Shown here: piece after piece, positions 41,139-54,699 of the stretch
How the letters are laid out: each line of letters starts with the position of its first letter
How positions within the stretch are numbered: the stretch's first letter is position 1
NCBI GenBank assembly: GCA_951406725.2
Contig: OX597819.1
Span: 62,868,001-62,932,000 of the forward strand
Direction: 5' to 3'
Length of the DNA: 64,000 nucleotides
Source: Octopus vulgaris
Taxonomy: Eukaryota
Translations under genes and position numbers: made by a program
Notes under the pieces: model-generated
Seen by the model: the letters and a program-made list of their open reading frames with translations, nothing else
Told to the model about the DNA's origin: nothing
Database searches by the model: none

Positions 41139-41374
41139 TACAGGGTAAAAGTTTTTCAATTTTCTCCTGGTTTACGGTATTAATGTTATTTTGCGGTTAA
41201 AGCTTTTGGCTGTTATTTCTAGTGGGTGAATGGCCTATTATGGCCGTTCCTTGATTGTGATGTTGAACGTAAAAATGGTTTATGACTATTTAATTTTTTC
41301 CTACTAGGCCGCTGGTGGCAAAAGAATTCTACAAATTTTTTTTTTTTTTGCCACCCTATATTGATTATATATAC

Positions 41375-41444
<70 letters not shown>

Positions 41445-41751
41445 AGGAGGGAGGGTAGAGATGAAGTCAAGGAGGAGAGAAATGTATGAAAGGAATATGG
41501 GAAGATTGACTGAGCAATGAAAGAGAGAGAGAGAGGTGGGGAACATAAAAATAAAACTACAATTTAGACAGGCCAAACAATGTGGTTATTCTTAAATATG
41601 AACAATAAATATAAATAATTAAAAAAAAGGTAAATTTATACGTTAAAACATTAATGCATCTTGGATGTACACAGTTCTTTGGCAGTATACTGAGATAGAA
41701 ACTTTGGGTATATGAGGCGTGGGGAAAATTGTCGTTCGTATTTCAAGGATA

Positions 41752-43072
41752 CTAGCTGACGAACCCGGTAATTCCCGGGAAAGTGGGGCTTATCCCTGGG
41801 TTCCGTTCTCATAATTGTTGCGCTAATCCAATAACAACAATACAAAGTATGTAGCCCTTAAAACGGTTTTTGTGTATTTACAGAGAATACCAAACTGACT
41901 TCTTACACAGGATCTTGATTTCAGGAATTCCCAATAAGTTATGAATACCCAAATTGTGAAGTCAGTTATGTAATAACATGAAATTCGATACCCGATAGTA
42001 AGAATCCAAATAAAGTAGCCCCGAAAAGGGCTTTAATGCGTTCCTAGAGAATATAGAACATAGAAGGAAATACTAAGACATACAGCATCTCGAAAGAGTC
42101 CAGAAGCTGGCTACCCGCATGGTTCATGGTCTCAAAAATTTGTCCTACGAAGAAAGGCTGAGGACGCTCGACCTTTATTCTCTTGAAAAACGCCGCCGCC
42201 GTGGTGATCTCATTCTCGCCCACAACATCATAAGCGGAAAGTGTAACCTCTCGAAAGAGCTGTTCTTCACTCCTGCTCCAGAGCGTCGGCTGCGGGGTCA
42301 TTCCGAAAAGCTCTACCTGCGACGATTTCATCTCAATCGAAGGAGAGGAGCTTTCTCCGTCCGGGTTGCGGATCCGTGGAACAAGCTGCCAGACGAGATG
42401 GTGAAGATGCCGACGACCGCTTTGTTCAAAGCCTCCCTCGACCTCAAGTGGCCTGAACTCTTTACATGAACACCACCCTGTACTTAACTCCATGTCCCCC
42501 TACATGGCCTTGCTATTTGCTTTTGAGCCAAATTAACTAACTAACTAACTAATAAAATCGTGAAGCATGTTACATAATAACAGGTTAATCAGATATGAGA
42601 TAATAACAATTCAAAGTAAATAACTCTTAAAAGGGCTTTTGTTCCCAGAGAATATAACCCTCAGCGGCGCTAGTGTTGGTATATTCAGGAATAAGTCACT
42701 AACCGAAATAAGTGGATCTATTCTTTAGGAAAATGCTATTTACTCGTTTAAGAGTTGTACTGGATAAATTTCGATAATAACTCTAACATTTTAGATACTA
42801 ACATACTCAATTTGATTAATACCAAATGATTTAGGAGCATGAATAGGTTATGTCCCTTGGCTGTTAAAATGCAATATATTAGATATATATAAGGATCCCT
42901 TCCAGGAGTCCTATTATAGATTGTTAAACAATCTGAGTATGCCATGAGGTTTCCAGACACGATCTCAACTCACGTATCAAGTTTCATCAAGACCGATAAA
43001 ACGATGTAGGAGGAATTAGCTAACAACTCCACAAACACACCCACAAACAGAATTTCCCACGTATGAAGTAGA
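41752..43072 (-). mobile_element. Non-autonomous Helitron-like element
   Basis: Minus strand starts A|TC (43072) and ends CTAG|T (41752), with hairpin cccgg-gaatta-ccggg about 10 nt before the end. Confidence 0.6.
42060..42552 (+). mobile_element. 5'-truncated CR1-type LINE 3' end nested in the Helitron
   Basis: LERVQKLATRMVHGLKNLSYEERLRTLDLYSLEKRRRRGDLI...LRGH...FSVRV...WNKLP, followed by a (TAAC)n tail. Confidence 0.9.
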
Positions 43073-44517
43073 TCTGAGTGACAGTCTGTACCTACCAGTA
43101 TGTTTCTTACAGTTCTGCCTGCTGTTCATGGAAGATTTCTAATGTTTGTGAGTTATGCTTGTTTTGACATATAAGTTCCCGATATTTATCTTACGGATTA
43201 AATAGTAAAAGTTACGGTCGTGTTCAGTTAGATTCGTTTTACCAGCGTGCGTAGAGATGCTTGGGCCGAATATTGCTGTCGAAGAAACATCTGCTATATT
43301 AAATGCACTTTCGATGGTTAAAAATTTTCCAATTGATGTAGATTGTCAGATTATACAGGACTCAATCTCGCGGAGCCTTTCTTTGAGATAAGTATTTGCT
43401 GAGATAGGTCTTGTGTAAACAATCTGTCTATACAAAAACTAACATAGACTAGCAGATTACATCGGTTGTTGGAGTGTTGTAATCTCAGAAAACGTATGTT
43501 AGAAGGACTTTTCTGTTTTAAGTGTGGATGATACGGTTGTTGATTGGCAAAATTTTGAGGATATCTTTTAAATTACAATATATCGTGTACTATTTGGTAT
43601 TGATCGTTCGATCCTAAGTTTCGCAACATCTATAATAATTTCAATCAGCTTCTTCCCTATGTATATGCATGGGCACTTACAGACACAAAGTGGGACAGAG
43701 GGGGAAAAGAGGCAGAGAAAGAAAGAGGGACGAAGGGGAGAGAGAGAATGAGGGAGAGAGCAGATCTATAGTGAACGAAGAAAGTTTTATAGAAGTTAGC
43801 TCCTATAACCCTCATCACCGATTCCATGCGTAAAATAGATTGCAGCACGGATTATCAAGTGAGCTTGATGTGTTATATGTATAATGATAAAAAAAAACTG
43901 CCGCAATTTGCAATACTATGGAGAAGGCCACTGTACGTTAACTTTGTAGTAACATTCTATATGGAAATGCTTAGAGGTAGACGGACCCCAACGCTCCAGA
44001 TATGCATTGTGGATAAATTTGTCTGAGCGGACATGTATGGGGATCTGCTATATTTTCTCTTTGGAGTAAACCAGACACAGTAATCGACACATCCGCAACA
44101 ACACCTTCGAATAAAAAACCTGATCTTGAGTGAATGCCTGAACAACAATAGCATTGTTCCTATCAAAGTTCATACTAAACGTTGGTAACTCGTAGGATAG
44201 TCGACAAGAATTGCAAGAAGCAGCTAATATGTATTAGCAAATATGAATTCGCACACTTTGAAGCCTAATTCCTACTTCACATTTTCCGCACATCGCAAAC
44301 ATAATTTCTCTGTTATACCTACAAACAAATCTGTGCATATTCATACAGATCTCGATTTCGCTATATTTCAGAACCATCTTGATTTATCTAATAACGTAGA
44401 TTGGAACAAATGATAAACAAAATATCTCAAATGCTCGCCTCACCTCCTAACTAGAGTAAATTTCGACCGACAAATCAGGGTTATTAAATAGAGAGTGTGA
44501 TGAAATGACATGGGGTT

Positions 44518-44792
44518 TCATTTCAGTGTCTTTAATTTCTGGGGGTCTATCAACCATGCATTGCAATGTGGCACCAGAGTCGGTGTTTTGGAGAGCGGTA
44601 AGTCACTGAGCGGTAACTTATGTTCTTGCACAAATCTTACAAAGAAATTTCCTCCTTCTGGGGAAATTAATTCCGGGTGTACGATAGGGTCAACAGCGAT
44701 TGCCAGGACAGGGCTTTTATGTAGACCCAAGTATTTAGTGTTTTGGAAAACGAAAATGAAATACAGGTAACGGCCATCAAGTGGGCCTGAAC
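44518..44792 (-). CDS. Candidate coding exon of unknown gene (internal exon ending at 44641, or terminal exon to stop at 44518)
   Basis: Branch-like ctgac, then ...ggctttag|GT acceptor at 44792; open frame SGPLDGRYLYFIFVFQNTKYLGLHKSPVLAIAVDP...; possible donor ttt|gtaaga at 44641. Confidence 0.35.
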
Positions 44793-45584
44793 CTAAAGCC
44801 ATATCGTTTAAAGGTGAAATAATGCAATCATGTCAGCATCCCGAACAGTCTGTCTGCCTATCTGTCTGTCTGTCTTTCTCCCTCTCTTTCTTTCCTTCTC
44901 TCTCTGTCCTTCTCTCTGTCTCTGTCTCTCTCTCTCTATATATATATATATTTACATCGCACATGCATAATACGTACACACACATACATAATATATGTGT
45001 GTGTATGTACACATGCTTACATATGGATAGAAATAAGAAGTGAGTTAAAAGAAATGCTGAAATTATAGAGCGAGAGAGATAATTAAAGTGTTAGAGAAGA
45101 CGGGGGAAGAATGGGACGGATGGAATATTGTTCTGAAGAAATAAGGCGAGGAAACATATACAAACTCATAGAAATGCTTATAATGAAGTGAATTGTGAAT
45201 AGTTTTACATACTTATCTGTTCAGAATTCTTACGATTCACATCCGTCTGTCGTTCGCCACTTACCTAACCATAAAATCAATTTCGCACTATTGTCGAGAG
45301 ACTTCTCGATTCTCTACTTAAAAACTTCGCATAACTTACGAGCCTAACGGGTAAGGAAATATAACACCGATATATGTCTGTTTTGTTCCATTCCTATCGA
45401 TTTGTTGCTTGAGTTCTATAGGAAATTCGTTTACTAAAAGTCGTCTACGAAAGTGATGGTAGCTTTATATAATTAATACATCACGTAACTCACTTGTCTG
45501 TAGGGACCAACACTTACAATAATGTACCATACTTCCATCTTGTTATATTCATAAATATATAGGCAGAGGTATTTCGGTGTTTCG

Positions 45585-45620
<36 letters not shown>

Positions 45621-45685
45621 TATATACATTCATATATATATATATAAATATATAAATATATATATGTATCTTTATATATACATAA

Positions 45686-45739
<54 letters not shown>

Positions 45740-45786
45740 ATACATATATATATATATATACATGTGTATATATATATGTAGATACA

Positions 45787-45822
<36 letters not shown>

Positions 45823-45913
45823 GTATATATATATACGCACGCATATATATGTGTGTATATATAAGTATATATATATACATATATCTATATCTTTCTATTT
45901 ATTTATGTATGTA

Positions 45914-45969
<56 letters not shown>

Positions 45970-46280
45970 AATATGTTTGTATGGACACATTCAATATATG
46001 TACATCCCTATAAACACTTACAAAGAAATGGACTCACAGAACGATGCATACATGCAAACATACATACGTGCATACATACATACATACATACCCAGACAAA
46101 TAATATAAATTAACAGATTCGCTTATGTCTGTCCATGGAATTCTATGATGACCATCTTCTGTTTAAACTCTGGATGCATTAAAGACTGCAATTCTGAAAG
46201 AGCAGCAGCCACTAGTGTTGCGGCCAGACACGTGAGCAGAATTCTGTAACTTCTATGATCTATGACCTACCTACATTATA

Positions 46281-46688
46281 CGACTGGTTCTCAACCATTT
46301 CCTACCCGTGGATCACTTTGATTACTATTTTAATGCGGTGAACCCCCATAGCTGTTTGATGCTCAAAAAACTAGTGTTATTCCTTTCAAAATTCCTGTTT
46401 TGTTTTTCACAGATTAACTTACGTCGGCTGAACTACGGTAATCATCAAAGAAAAAGATTTATCTCTTTCCTCCAATAAACAGATCTAAAAACAAAACTTC
46501 GCATAACTTATGAGCCTACCGGGTAAGGAAATATAACACCAATATATGTCTGTTTTGTGCCATGGACTCTTAAAATTCTGCGATAGCGCCCCAATTTACT
46601 TTTTGGCCTGCATGGAGCCCCTCCCAACTAAAAAAATTCATATATGGGCTATTAGGAGTCATATGGAACCCGGCTGACAACCACTAGA
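46281..46688. mobile_element. hAT/Charlie-type MITE (diverged)
   Basis: Ends resemble CAGTGGTTCTCAACC / GGTTGAGAACCACTG; related copy at ~49015-49750 and internal fragment at ~45320-45390. Confidence 0.6.
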
Positions 46689-46721
46689 CTCTACCCCCAC
46701 CCCATTTGTGAATATATAGCC

Positions 46722-47110
46722 TCAGGAGTGGCTGTGTAGTAAGTAACCTGCTTACCCACCACATGGTTACGGGTTCAGTCCCACTACGTGGCACCTTGGG
46801 CAAGTGTCTTCTGCTATAATCCCGGGCCGACCAAAGCCTTGTGAGTGGATTTGACAGATTAAAAATGGAAAAGGCCCGTCGTATCTATGTGTGTATATGT
46901 GCGCGCGTGTGTTTGTTTTTTGTATTTGTTCCCCCAGCATCGCTTGACAACCGATGTTGGTGTGTTTACGCCCCCGTACATTAGCCTTTCGGCAAAAAGT
47001 AACCGATAGAATAAGTACTAGGCTTATAAAGAATAAGTCCTGGGGTCGATTTGTTCGACTAAAGGCGGTGCTCCAGCATGGCCGAAGTGAAATGCATGAA
47101 ACAAGTAGAA
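46722..47110 (+). mobile_element. SINE family A
   Basis: Full-length colinear copy. Confidence 0.88.
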
Positions 47111-47469
47111 AAAAGTAATTATCATTGTGTTGCTGACTCGTAATGCCTCGACCAATTTAACAGTAGCGACAACTCCTGCGCTCCGGTTCGAGATCGATAA
47201 TTCACTTTACTGGAGAAGGTAATACTTATATGAAGTTGTTATAGTGAGAAATAGCGATGCTGATTTCTCTTTACTTTCTATCCTTTGCTTGTTTCAGCCA
47301 TTAGACTGTGGCCATGCTAGGGCACCGCGTTGAAGAATTTTTTTGTCGAATAAATCGACCCCAGTACGTTATTTTAATTTTTATTGGAGTGGTATATATT
47401 CTATCGGTCCCTTTTGCCGAACCGCTAAAACAGAAAAATGTCTATAATGAAAATTTATTACATAATGTT

Positions 47470-48215
47470 CATTTCAAGATTTTGCTGTATGTTGTTAATA
47501 TTTCGTGTGGCTTCCCCTAGCTTGAGTAATTGCTTCAATGCACCTGGGGAGAGATGCGTACAAATCCTTCACCATCTTCACAGGTATGAGATGCCTTTCT
47601 CTGTGGTTGAGCTCCCACAACTATTCAATATTGCATGGATTCTTCTTTAGTTCCATCCCCATTTGCTCCCTGATATTTAAGTCAGGGCTCTGAGCTGGCC
47701 AATCTTTTAATACGGTAACACCTTCATCAGCCAGACTCTGTTGTGTTACACGCGGTCTGAGTCATGGAGTTCCGTCATACTGATAAATTTCACCTTCATC
47801 CTAGTCGGGTATTAAATTGTTCTTCAACAACTAGTTGTATTTAGCACTATTCAAGTTACCGTCAATTTTAACCAACTTTCTAGAACCATCACTTTTTATG
47901 TATCCCCAAAACATCAGACTCTTACCCCAAAGTTCACTGTTTTCGTCGTGTGATGTGGGTTGTTTCGCCTTCTAATAGCGAGAATTTGTCAGAAGACCTC
48001 TTGCAATCTGATACCATTCTTGGTGGTTGTCTCGCATCTTCCCCTCTCATTCAGAACCCCTACTACAAAATATAATGATTAGGTATAGAAATAACTCCAA
48101 CAGGGCCAATGTTTCATCTGTAAAAAGCGCAATGCGAAACATCCACTTATATGTTGGTAATTCGTAGGAATTTACAATAGTTTAAAGTGGCTGAAAACTT
48201 TTGCACAGTACTGTA
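47470..48215 (-). mobile_element. Deleted Tc1-family transposon remnant
   Basis: TIR TA|CAGTACTGTGCAAAAGTTTT at 48215; minus-strand WPAQSPDLNIRE motif at ~47670-47701. Confidence 0.75.
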
Positions 48216-49126
48216 CACAACTATACACACGCATATGCATTATGTATTTGATCATTTAAATAGGAACGAAAGTACGCAATACATGTTATAGATCTAATTT
48301 TAAAGTCTAAAACCTAAGTTTCACTCGTGCATCCACTTCTTAAAGCCATTACTACTGATTTATTCAAGTCAAACACAAACTACTGGTTCATTAAGTGAAA
48401 GTGGAAGATTTTAAAAACTTATTTAATTTTTCAGTACAATCATCGATTCATTCATATTATAATTATGATAAAAGTTTTTGACAATTTATGATTTAAGATA
48501 CCATCACAAGACAACAGACAAGAGACTATAATAGCACATGGGTGTGTTATAAACGATTATTATGATTCAGCCACGTTGTAATTGTTTCAGTTTCATCGCA
48601 GTAGCTCAGATCAATTAACTTGCCAAACATTATTTACAACTGTGAAATATTGAAGATATCAAAACAATTATATTTGACAAGCCGCTTGTCTCAATACGCA
48701 GCAATGCAATTCGGAAATTATATATCCTCTCCTTTAGGCTGACATGTTGCCAATCACATGCATTGTCGAACGTAGCATAGTTCTACGAATACTCCGACAG
48801 CATCGCACAGTACTTTGATTTAACTTAGCGTGAGGACGACAATCAGGAATCCATGTGGAGCATCGGTAATCTTTATGTTTGGCTTCATATGAGCCGTGAT
48901 CGAAGAGACTTACAACCAAAAGTATCCCAGCCGTGTATCTCCAGTCTTTTTTTGTGCCTTGCGGTACTTGTTCTAACAATTACATTATGCAATGCGTTTT
49001 CCCTTTTATTTAAGGCTGTAGTTGTCAACCATTTTTTGCTTATGGATCCCTTTGATTAATAATTTATTTTGGTAGACTCCACAACCATTCTATGCTTAAA
49101 ACCTAGTTTTATAAATACTTCTTTCA

Positions 49127-49520
49127 AGGCGCAGGAGTGGCTGTGTGGTAAGTAGCTTGCTTATCAACCACATCTTCCGGGTTCAGTCCCACTGCGTGGC
49201 ATCTTGGGCAAGTGTCTTCTACTACAAGGCTTTGGCCGACCAAAGCCTTGTGAGTGGATTTGGTAGAAGGAAACTGAAAGAAGCCCGTCGTATATATATA
49301 TGTATATATATATATATATGTGTGTGTATGTTTGTGTGTCTGTGTTTGTCCCCCTAGCATTGCTTGACAACCGATGGTGGTGTGTTTATGTCCGAAAAGA
49401 GACCGATAGAATAAGTACTGGGCTTACAAAGAATAAGTCCTGGGATCGATTTGTTCGACTAAAGGCGGTGTTCCAGCATGGCCGCAGTCAAATGACTGAA
49501 ACAAGTAAAAGAGTAAAGAA
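49127..49520 (+). mobile_element. SINE family A nested in a hAT MITE (~49015-49750)
   Basis: ggcgcaggagtggctgtgtggtaag head to gaaacaagtaaaagag tail; flanks match the 46281-46688 MITE. Confidence 0.88.
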
Positions 49521-50240
49521 TAAGAGTATTCTAAATTTTTTTCCACACGTTCACTTTTCTCCGACAGAAAACATTCCAGTGGTCCGAGAAATGGAGAATA
49601 ATGTAAAATGTTAGAGAAAGATGCCTGTTTCCTGAAATACATAAATATATATACTATACTATTTTTTCAAATACTATCATGGGTCCCCAATTTATCATTT
49701 TACTTGCGTTGACCCCCAAAAATCTTATATCGACACCAGTTGAGAATCACCTCTGCAGAGGAAATTTGAATAAGATTTGACTGATATTTCTAGCAAGGCG
49801 ACTCCACCACTTAGGCTCGTGGTACTGTTTTTAGTAATGCACAGTATAACCTGAATATTTATACCTCATTATAAACCAACTAGCACCAATGCACCTGTTA
49901 TAATACAATATGTTAGATGGTGCCTGCACTTCAATAATTTACACGATCTAGTTTTCCTGTCTATTTTGCGTGTGTAAAAGCTGGCCTTTCGCATACTTTT
50001 CCGAAATTGAGATTTATCTTTGAACGATGTGCGTTACAAAGGGGTCACATTGACGAGTATTTCTACAGAAAGGGATAGACATTATAGAAAGATAAATACT
50101 AAAGTATTTAGACAAGATGGGAACTAATATAAGATGGTAATATTTGAGAGTAATGGAAGGGATACCGATAGTAATGATGCCCTCGTTGAGTTAGGAAATG
50201 TTATATTTACACTAACATCAGTCCTGTTAAGCAGATCTCT

Positions 50241-50616
50241 GTTACTTGTTTCATTCATTTGACTGTGGCCATGCAGGAGTACTGCCTTTAGTCGAGCAAA
50301 TCGACCCCCAGGACTTATTCTTGGTAAGCCTAGTACTTATTCTATCGTTCTCTTTTGCCGAACCGTAAACCACACACACAGACACACATACACATATATA
50401 CATATATACATTGCCGAACACACAAATACACACACACACACACACATACACATATATACGACGGGTTTCTTTCAGTTTCCGTCTACCAAATCCACTCGCA
50501 AGGTTTTGGTCGGCCCGAGGCTATAGTAGAAGACACTCGCCCAAGGTGCCACGCAGTGGGACTGAACCCGGAACCATGTGGTTGGTAAGCAAGGTACTTA
50601 CCACACAGCCATTCCT
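50241..50616 (-). mobile_element. SINE family A
   Basis: Reverse complement colinear with family A. Confidence 0.88.
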
Positions 50617-51815
50617 GAATAAAATTTTCTATCCGTAGTGACTAAATCTCTGTTTCCAGGCATAGTGTATCTAGGACTACATAATCCAATATGCTCTTCT
50701 ATCTTAATGAGCCAAGATATGAAGCAATGGAAATTCGGTTGTAAACTCTAAGGGGCCAGTACTTACATTTACTAAAGTGCATTGGGTGGTGTTTAGTTCC
50801 AGATCAACAGTTAATTTGAAGTAAGAAGATATCTGTGATGGTAATGGTGATTGTGATAGTATTGTTTACATTAGTAGCGTTAACGATAGTCATTTTCGTC
50901 ATTATGAGAGTGAAAAGTTGTTGTTGGTAATAACATAACTGAATCTATTTGTTTTAAGGTTGCCAAATATGTTCCACAGAATTGTAATGAGTTGTGGTAG
51001 ACGTATGGAATATAAAAATTAGTGAGAAGAATTCTATATTTTCCCGTTTGTTACACATATTCAAACAACAGGAGTCGAGTGTGGCATCGGTAGCTCTGCT
51101 GGTAATTTTGATGATGTCCGGTGGCGTCAGTGGTAGTAGTGACGTCGATGGCAGAGGAAGTGAATATGAGAGAAAATTTATCAAGGAGTGTTATAGAACA
51201 TACATTTTTTATTCTTCTTTTACCAACTTGAAGCGTCACATCTAAAAGCCAAACCTAGATTCTTTATATCAATTAATCAATCAAGACCTCTTTAATCATT
51301 TTTTCTATTTTAAAATCACATAAAAAAAGAGATCGATAAGATTGAAAAATGGCAGACAATATTCGACCATCAGTCACTCTTGTATATTTTATTCTTTATT
51401 TTCTTATTATTTTGCGGAAATTTGGTTTATTTCTCTTTTTCGACTTAAAATAACATTTCTTCTAAAACTCTAGAAGTTAGCCATTAAACATTTCATGACG
51501 GACATCTAGAGAGACACTCCCAAGCAAAATTATACATAAATATACTCACAGAGAATTAATGGACTTTGCATTAGAATAACCTCCGTTACATGCTGTATAA
51601 GGCTTCAAAAAACAAAAAAAGAACAAAAACAAAACACAAAACAAACAAGAAGACCCCCAAGAAATAAGAAATGTCTCAAATAGTGATCAATAGAAATAAA
51701 CGGTCATCTGTGTATCAAACATGACGCAAATACACCATGAAAATTCTAATTAACGGCAATATTAGTAGGGGGAACCTATTTATGAAAGTATAGTGAGTCA
51801 AAAACCCAAATATGA

Positions 51816-51905
<90 letters not shown>

Positions 51906-51942
51906 ACTATCTATCTATCAATCTATCTAGCTAGCTACCCAC

Positions 51943-51979
<37 letters not shown>

Positions 51980-51980
51980 G

Positions 51981-52054
<74 letters not shown>

Positions 52055-52176
52055 TTATCCATTTTGCGAAATATTTCGCTAGATAATTAATAATCGGGTT
52101 CCATCTGTCATTGAAAAACAAGCCAACGTGCATGCCTAGTAGTATTGATGCGGGGAAATTCAGAGATATTCCCACA

Positions 52177-52243
52177 GTAATTTAGACGCCCCATTGTAAT
52201 TATACACCCCATCGTAATTTTACGCCCCATCGTAATTTAGACG
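52177..52243. repeat. Short tandem repeat of an ~19-bp unit (gtaatttagacgccccat), ~3.5 copies
   Basis: Seen directly; resembles DNA-transposon subterminal repeats. Confidence 0.7.
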
Positions 52244-52419
52244 TAAATCGACCCGGACAAATCCAACTAGGTTTGCATTTGTTCTGGTCGATGTCAAACG
52301 TCTCAGCTGTTTAAAATCTTGCCTATTTAAAAGCTTACTTGATGATTTGAGCAAGATTTTGCTTCCTCAGATATATCTCCAGGTTCACATGAAGTTGAAA
52401 TACAATTCACCGTTTCATT

Positions 52420-52684
52420 TTACTTCGAATTTTTTGTTTTACTGAATTTAGTATGTTTTAGATTTCCTGCAACCCTTTCAATTTCTTCAGGTATATCCTG
52501 TTGACAAGAAATCTGTGCGTCAGTTTCCAAAAATCCGCTTTTCAATCGAACCGCAGAACCTACAGCCTCATCATCTGAAGCATCATTATTGCCGTCAGAG
52601 AGTTCTATATTGTGCGGGAGACCCATGTGAACATCTCCGTTGCTCAGCTCTTCCAATAATACTATGGCTCCTGCTCTTGTAAGA
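52420..52684 (-). pseudogene. piggyBac (PGBD2/PGBD3-like) transposase N-terminal remnant
   Basis: LTRAGAIVLLEEL..GDVHMGLPHNIELSDGNNDASDDE..GS..RL..GFLET.AQI resembles the acidic N-terminus of PGBD3-type transposases; preceded by a ttttctcgttcag acceptor. Confidence 0.45.
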
Positions 52685-53254
52685 CTGAACGAGAAAATTA
52701 CAATGATATAGAGATGTGTGGACGTAAAATTCATTGTAAATAAAAACCAGAGACTATTTCATATATATTATATTGGCTATTTATAACGCGAAGCCATATC
52801 AACACGCATTAAATATTAGGCATGTTGTTCTATGTTTAATATAGTTTTTTTTTTGTTTAATGGTTTCTGCCGGATGTCCGTTATAACGGACAGGGTGTTA
52901 TATTTTACTTTATTTACGACATAAATCTCAAAAATGGTAGCAAATAATATTAATCATCTCACCTATGATCATAAAAAACGCATAAGAAACAACAATAATG
53001 CCTACAAAAAAATTGAATAATTGGAAATAACTGGCTTACCATTTACTACGCGTCCCGCTTGTACTCGCCATGTTGCACAACTGTGGTTGTTAAAAGTTAT
53101 GGTGCAAGCATTTGTTCAAACAGACTGCATACACGTTAAGAACATGTTTCATTCTTTGATACAGATCACACACAAATCACAATTTTAATCAAGTATTTGC
53201 TTTATACCCTTATAAATTAAGTGTCAGTTGAAACGGACGATCGGCATGTATGGG

Positions 53255-53660
53255 TTAAGCACAAGGCCTGAAATTTCGGTGGGGATGGAGGGCGGTCAAT
53301 TGGTCCTTATTTTGTCGACTCCGAAGGGATGGAAAGTAAAGCTGATTTCGGCAGCATTTGAAATCAGAACGTAAAGAGAGACGAAGGGCCGCTAAGCATA
53401 ACGATTCTGTCAGCTCGCCAAGCATTTCGTCTGACACACTAATGATTCTACTAGCTTGCCACCTTAACAATAATCCTTTCTACTAAAGGCACAAGGCCTG
53501 AAAGTTTGGGGGAGGGAGCCAGTAGATTAGATCAACCCCAGTACACAAATGGTATTTAATTTATCGACCCTGAAAGGATGAAAGGCAAAGTCAACCTTGC
53601 AGAATCTGAACTCAGAATGTAAGCATTTTGCCCAGCATGCTAACAATTCTGCCAGCTTGC
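53255..53660 (-). mobile_element. Two SINE family B copies
   Basis: gaaaggatgaaaggcaaagtc...gaactcagaa...gctaacaattctgccagct. Confidence 0.75.
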
Positions 53661-54367
53661 AATATTGTTGATATGTAATTTAGGCATAAGTCTAGACTGT
53701 TGATTCAAGTATATGGAATTGAATGAGACAACCGCAATAGTTTACCGCTAACAACTGAGCTATTCGCCCCAAAACACTCGACAATGTGTAACGTCTAACA
53801 GGTTGCAATATGATCTCGGAAAGACTATTCCTTAAGATGAAATTATGGTACAGACATCAGTCACAAATTCTAGCAGTATCTGAAACAAATTGGTTAAAGA
53901 ATACAAAAATGAAACAGTATGGTTTCCGATAAAAGTAATCACGGAATAATTTGCCAAGTAGTGATATTGTAGTGTTTACAAACTGCAATATTGGCCGTCA
54001 ACAATTCGAAGATAGTTAAAACAATACCGACGTTGAAGCTTTATATAGAGATTTCATTGGTGGAGAAAGAGATGTGATACGTCGGTAGAAATAGGACGCA
54101 ATATGTAAGCAGATTCTATTTTGAAGAACTATAAATGTAGTCTGGCATGAACGTAATGAAAACGAACGTTGAGATAGCTTGGAGTGGCTATTATCCAGAC
54201 TAAAACAACTGTCTGTTTAAAGTCTTCAGACCTGATGGAAACGCTACATTGTATTTTTTTTCTCTTTTGTGTTAGATGTCTTGAAGAACAAATACATTCA
54301 TACATTACAAAGAAACATGCGCGCGCAGCGCGCCTACACACACACACACACGCACACACACGCACAC

Positions 54368-54428
<61 letters not shown>

Positions 54429-54699
54429 AGCATACGTACATGTGTGCGTGTATGTGTGTGTGTATACCAAATAAGTATACGATGATGGTGGTCATAAAAC
54501 AATAAAAATAATGATCGCAGTAACAGTAACACCGGCAGCAGCTGAAACAGAGACATTAATAACGATAATGTTAAAGATCTATTTTATTAGCCACGTGGAC
54601 AGCTGAAGAGAACATTACAAAACTAGGTTACTGTTTGTATGTGGCTTACCATACAGTACTGAATGAAATAGGTTGAAAATTGCACATGGTGTTTAAAAT

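Noticed and set aside
49127-49200. tRNA gene
   Set aside because: The tRNA-like A/B boxes are SINE heads continuing into SINE bodies; no full cloverleaf.
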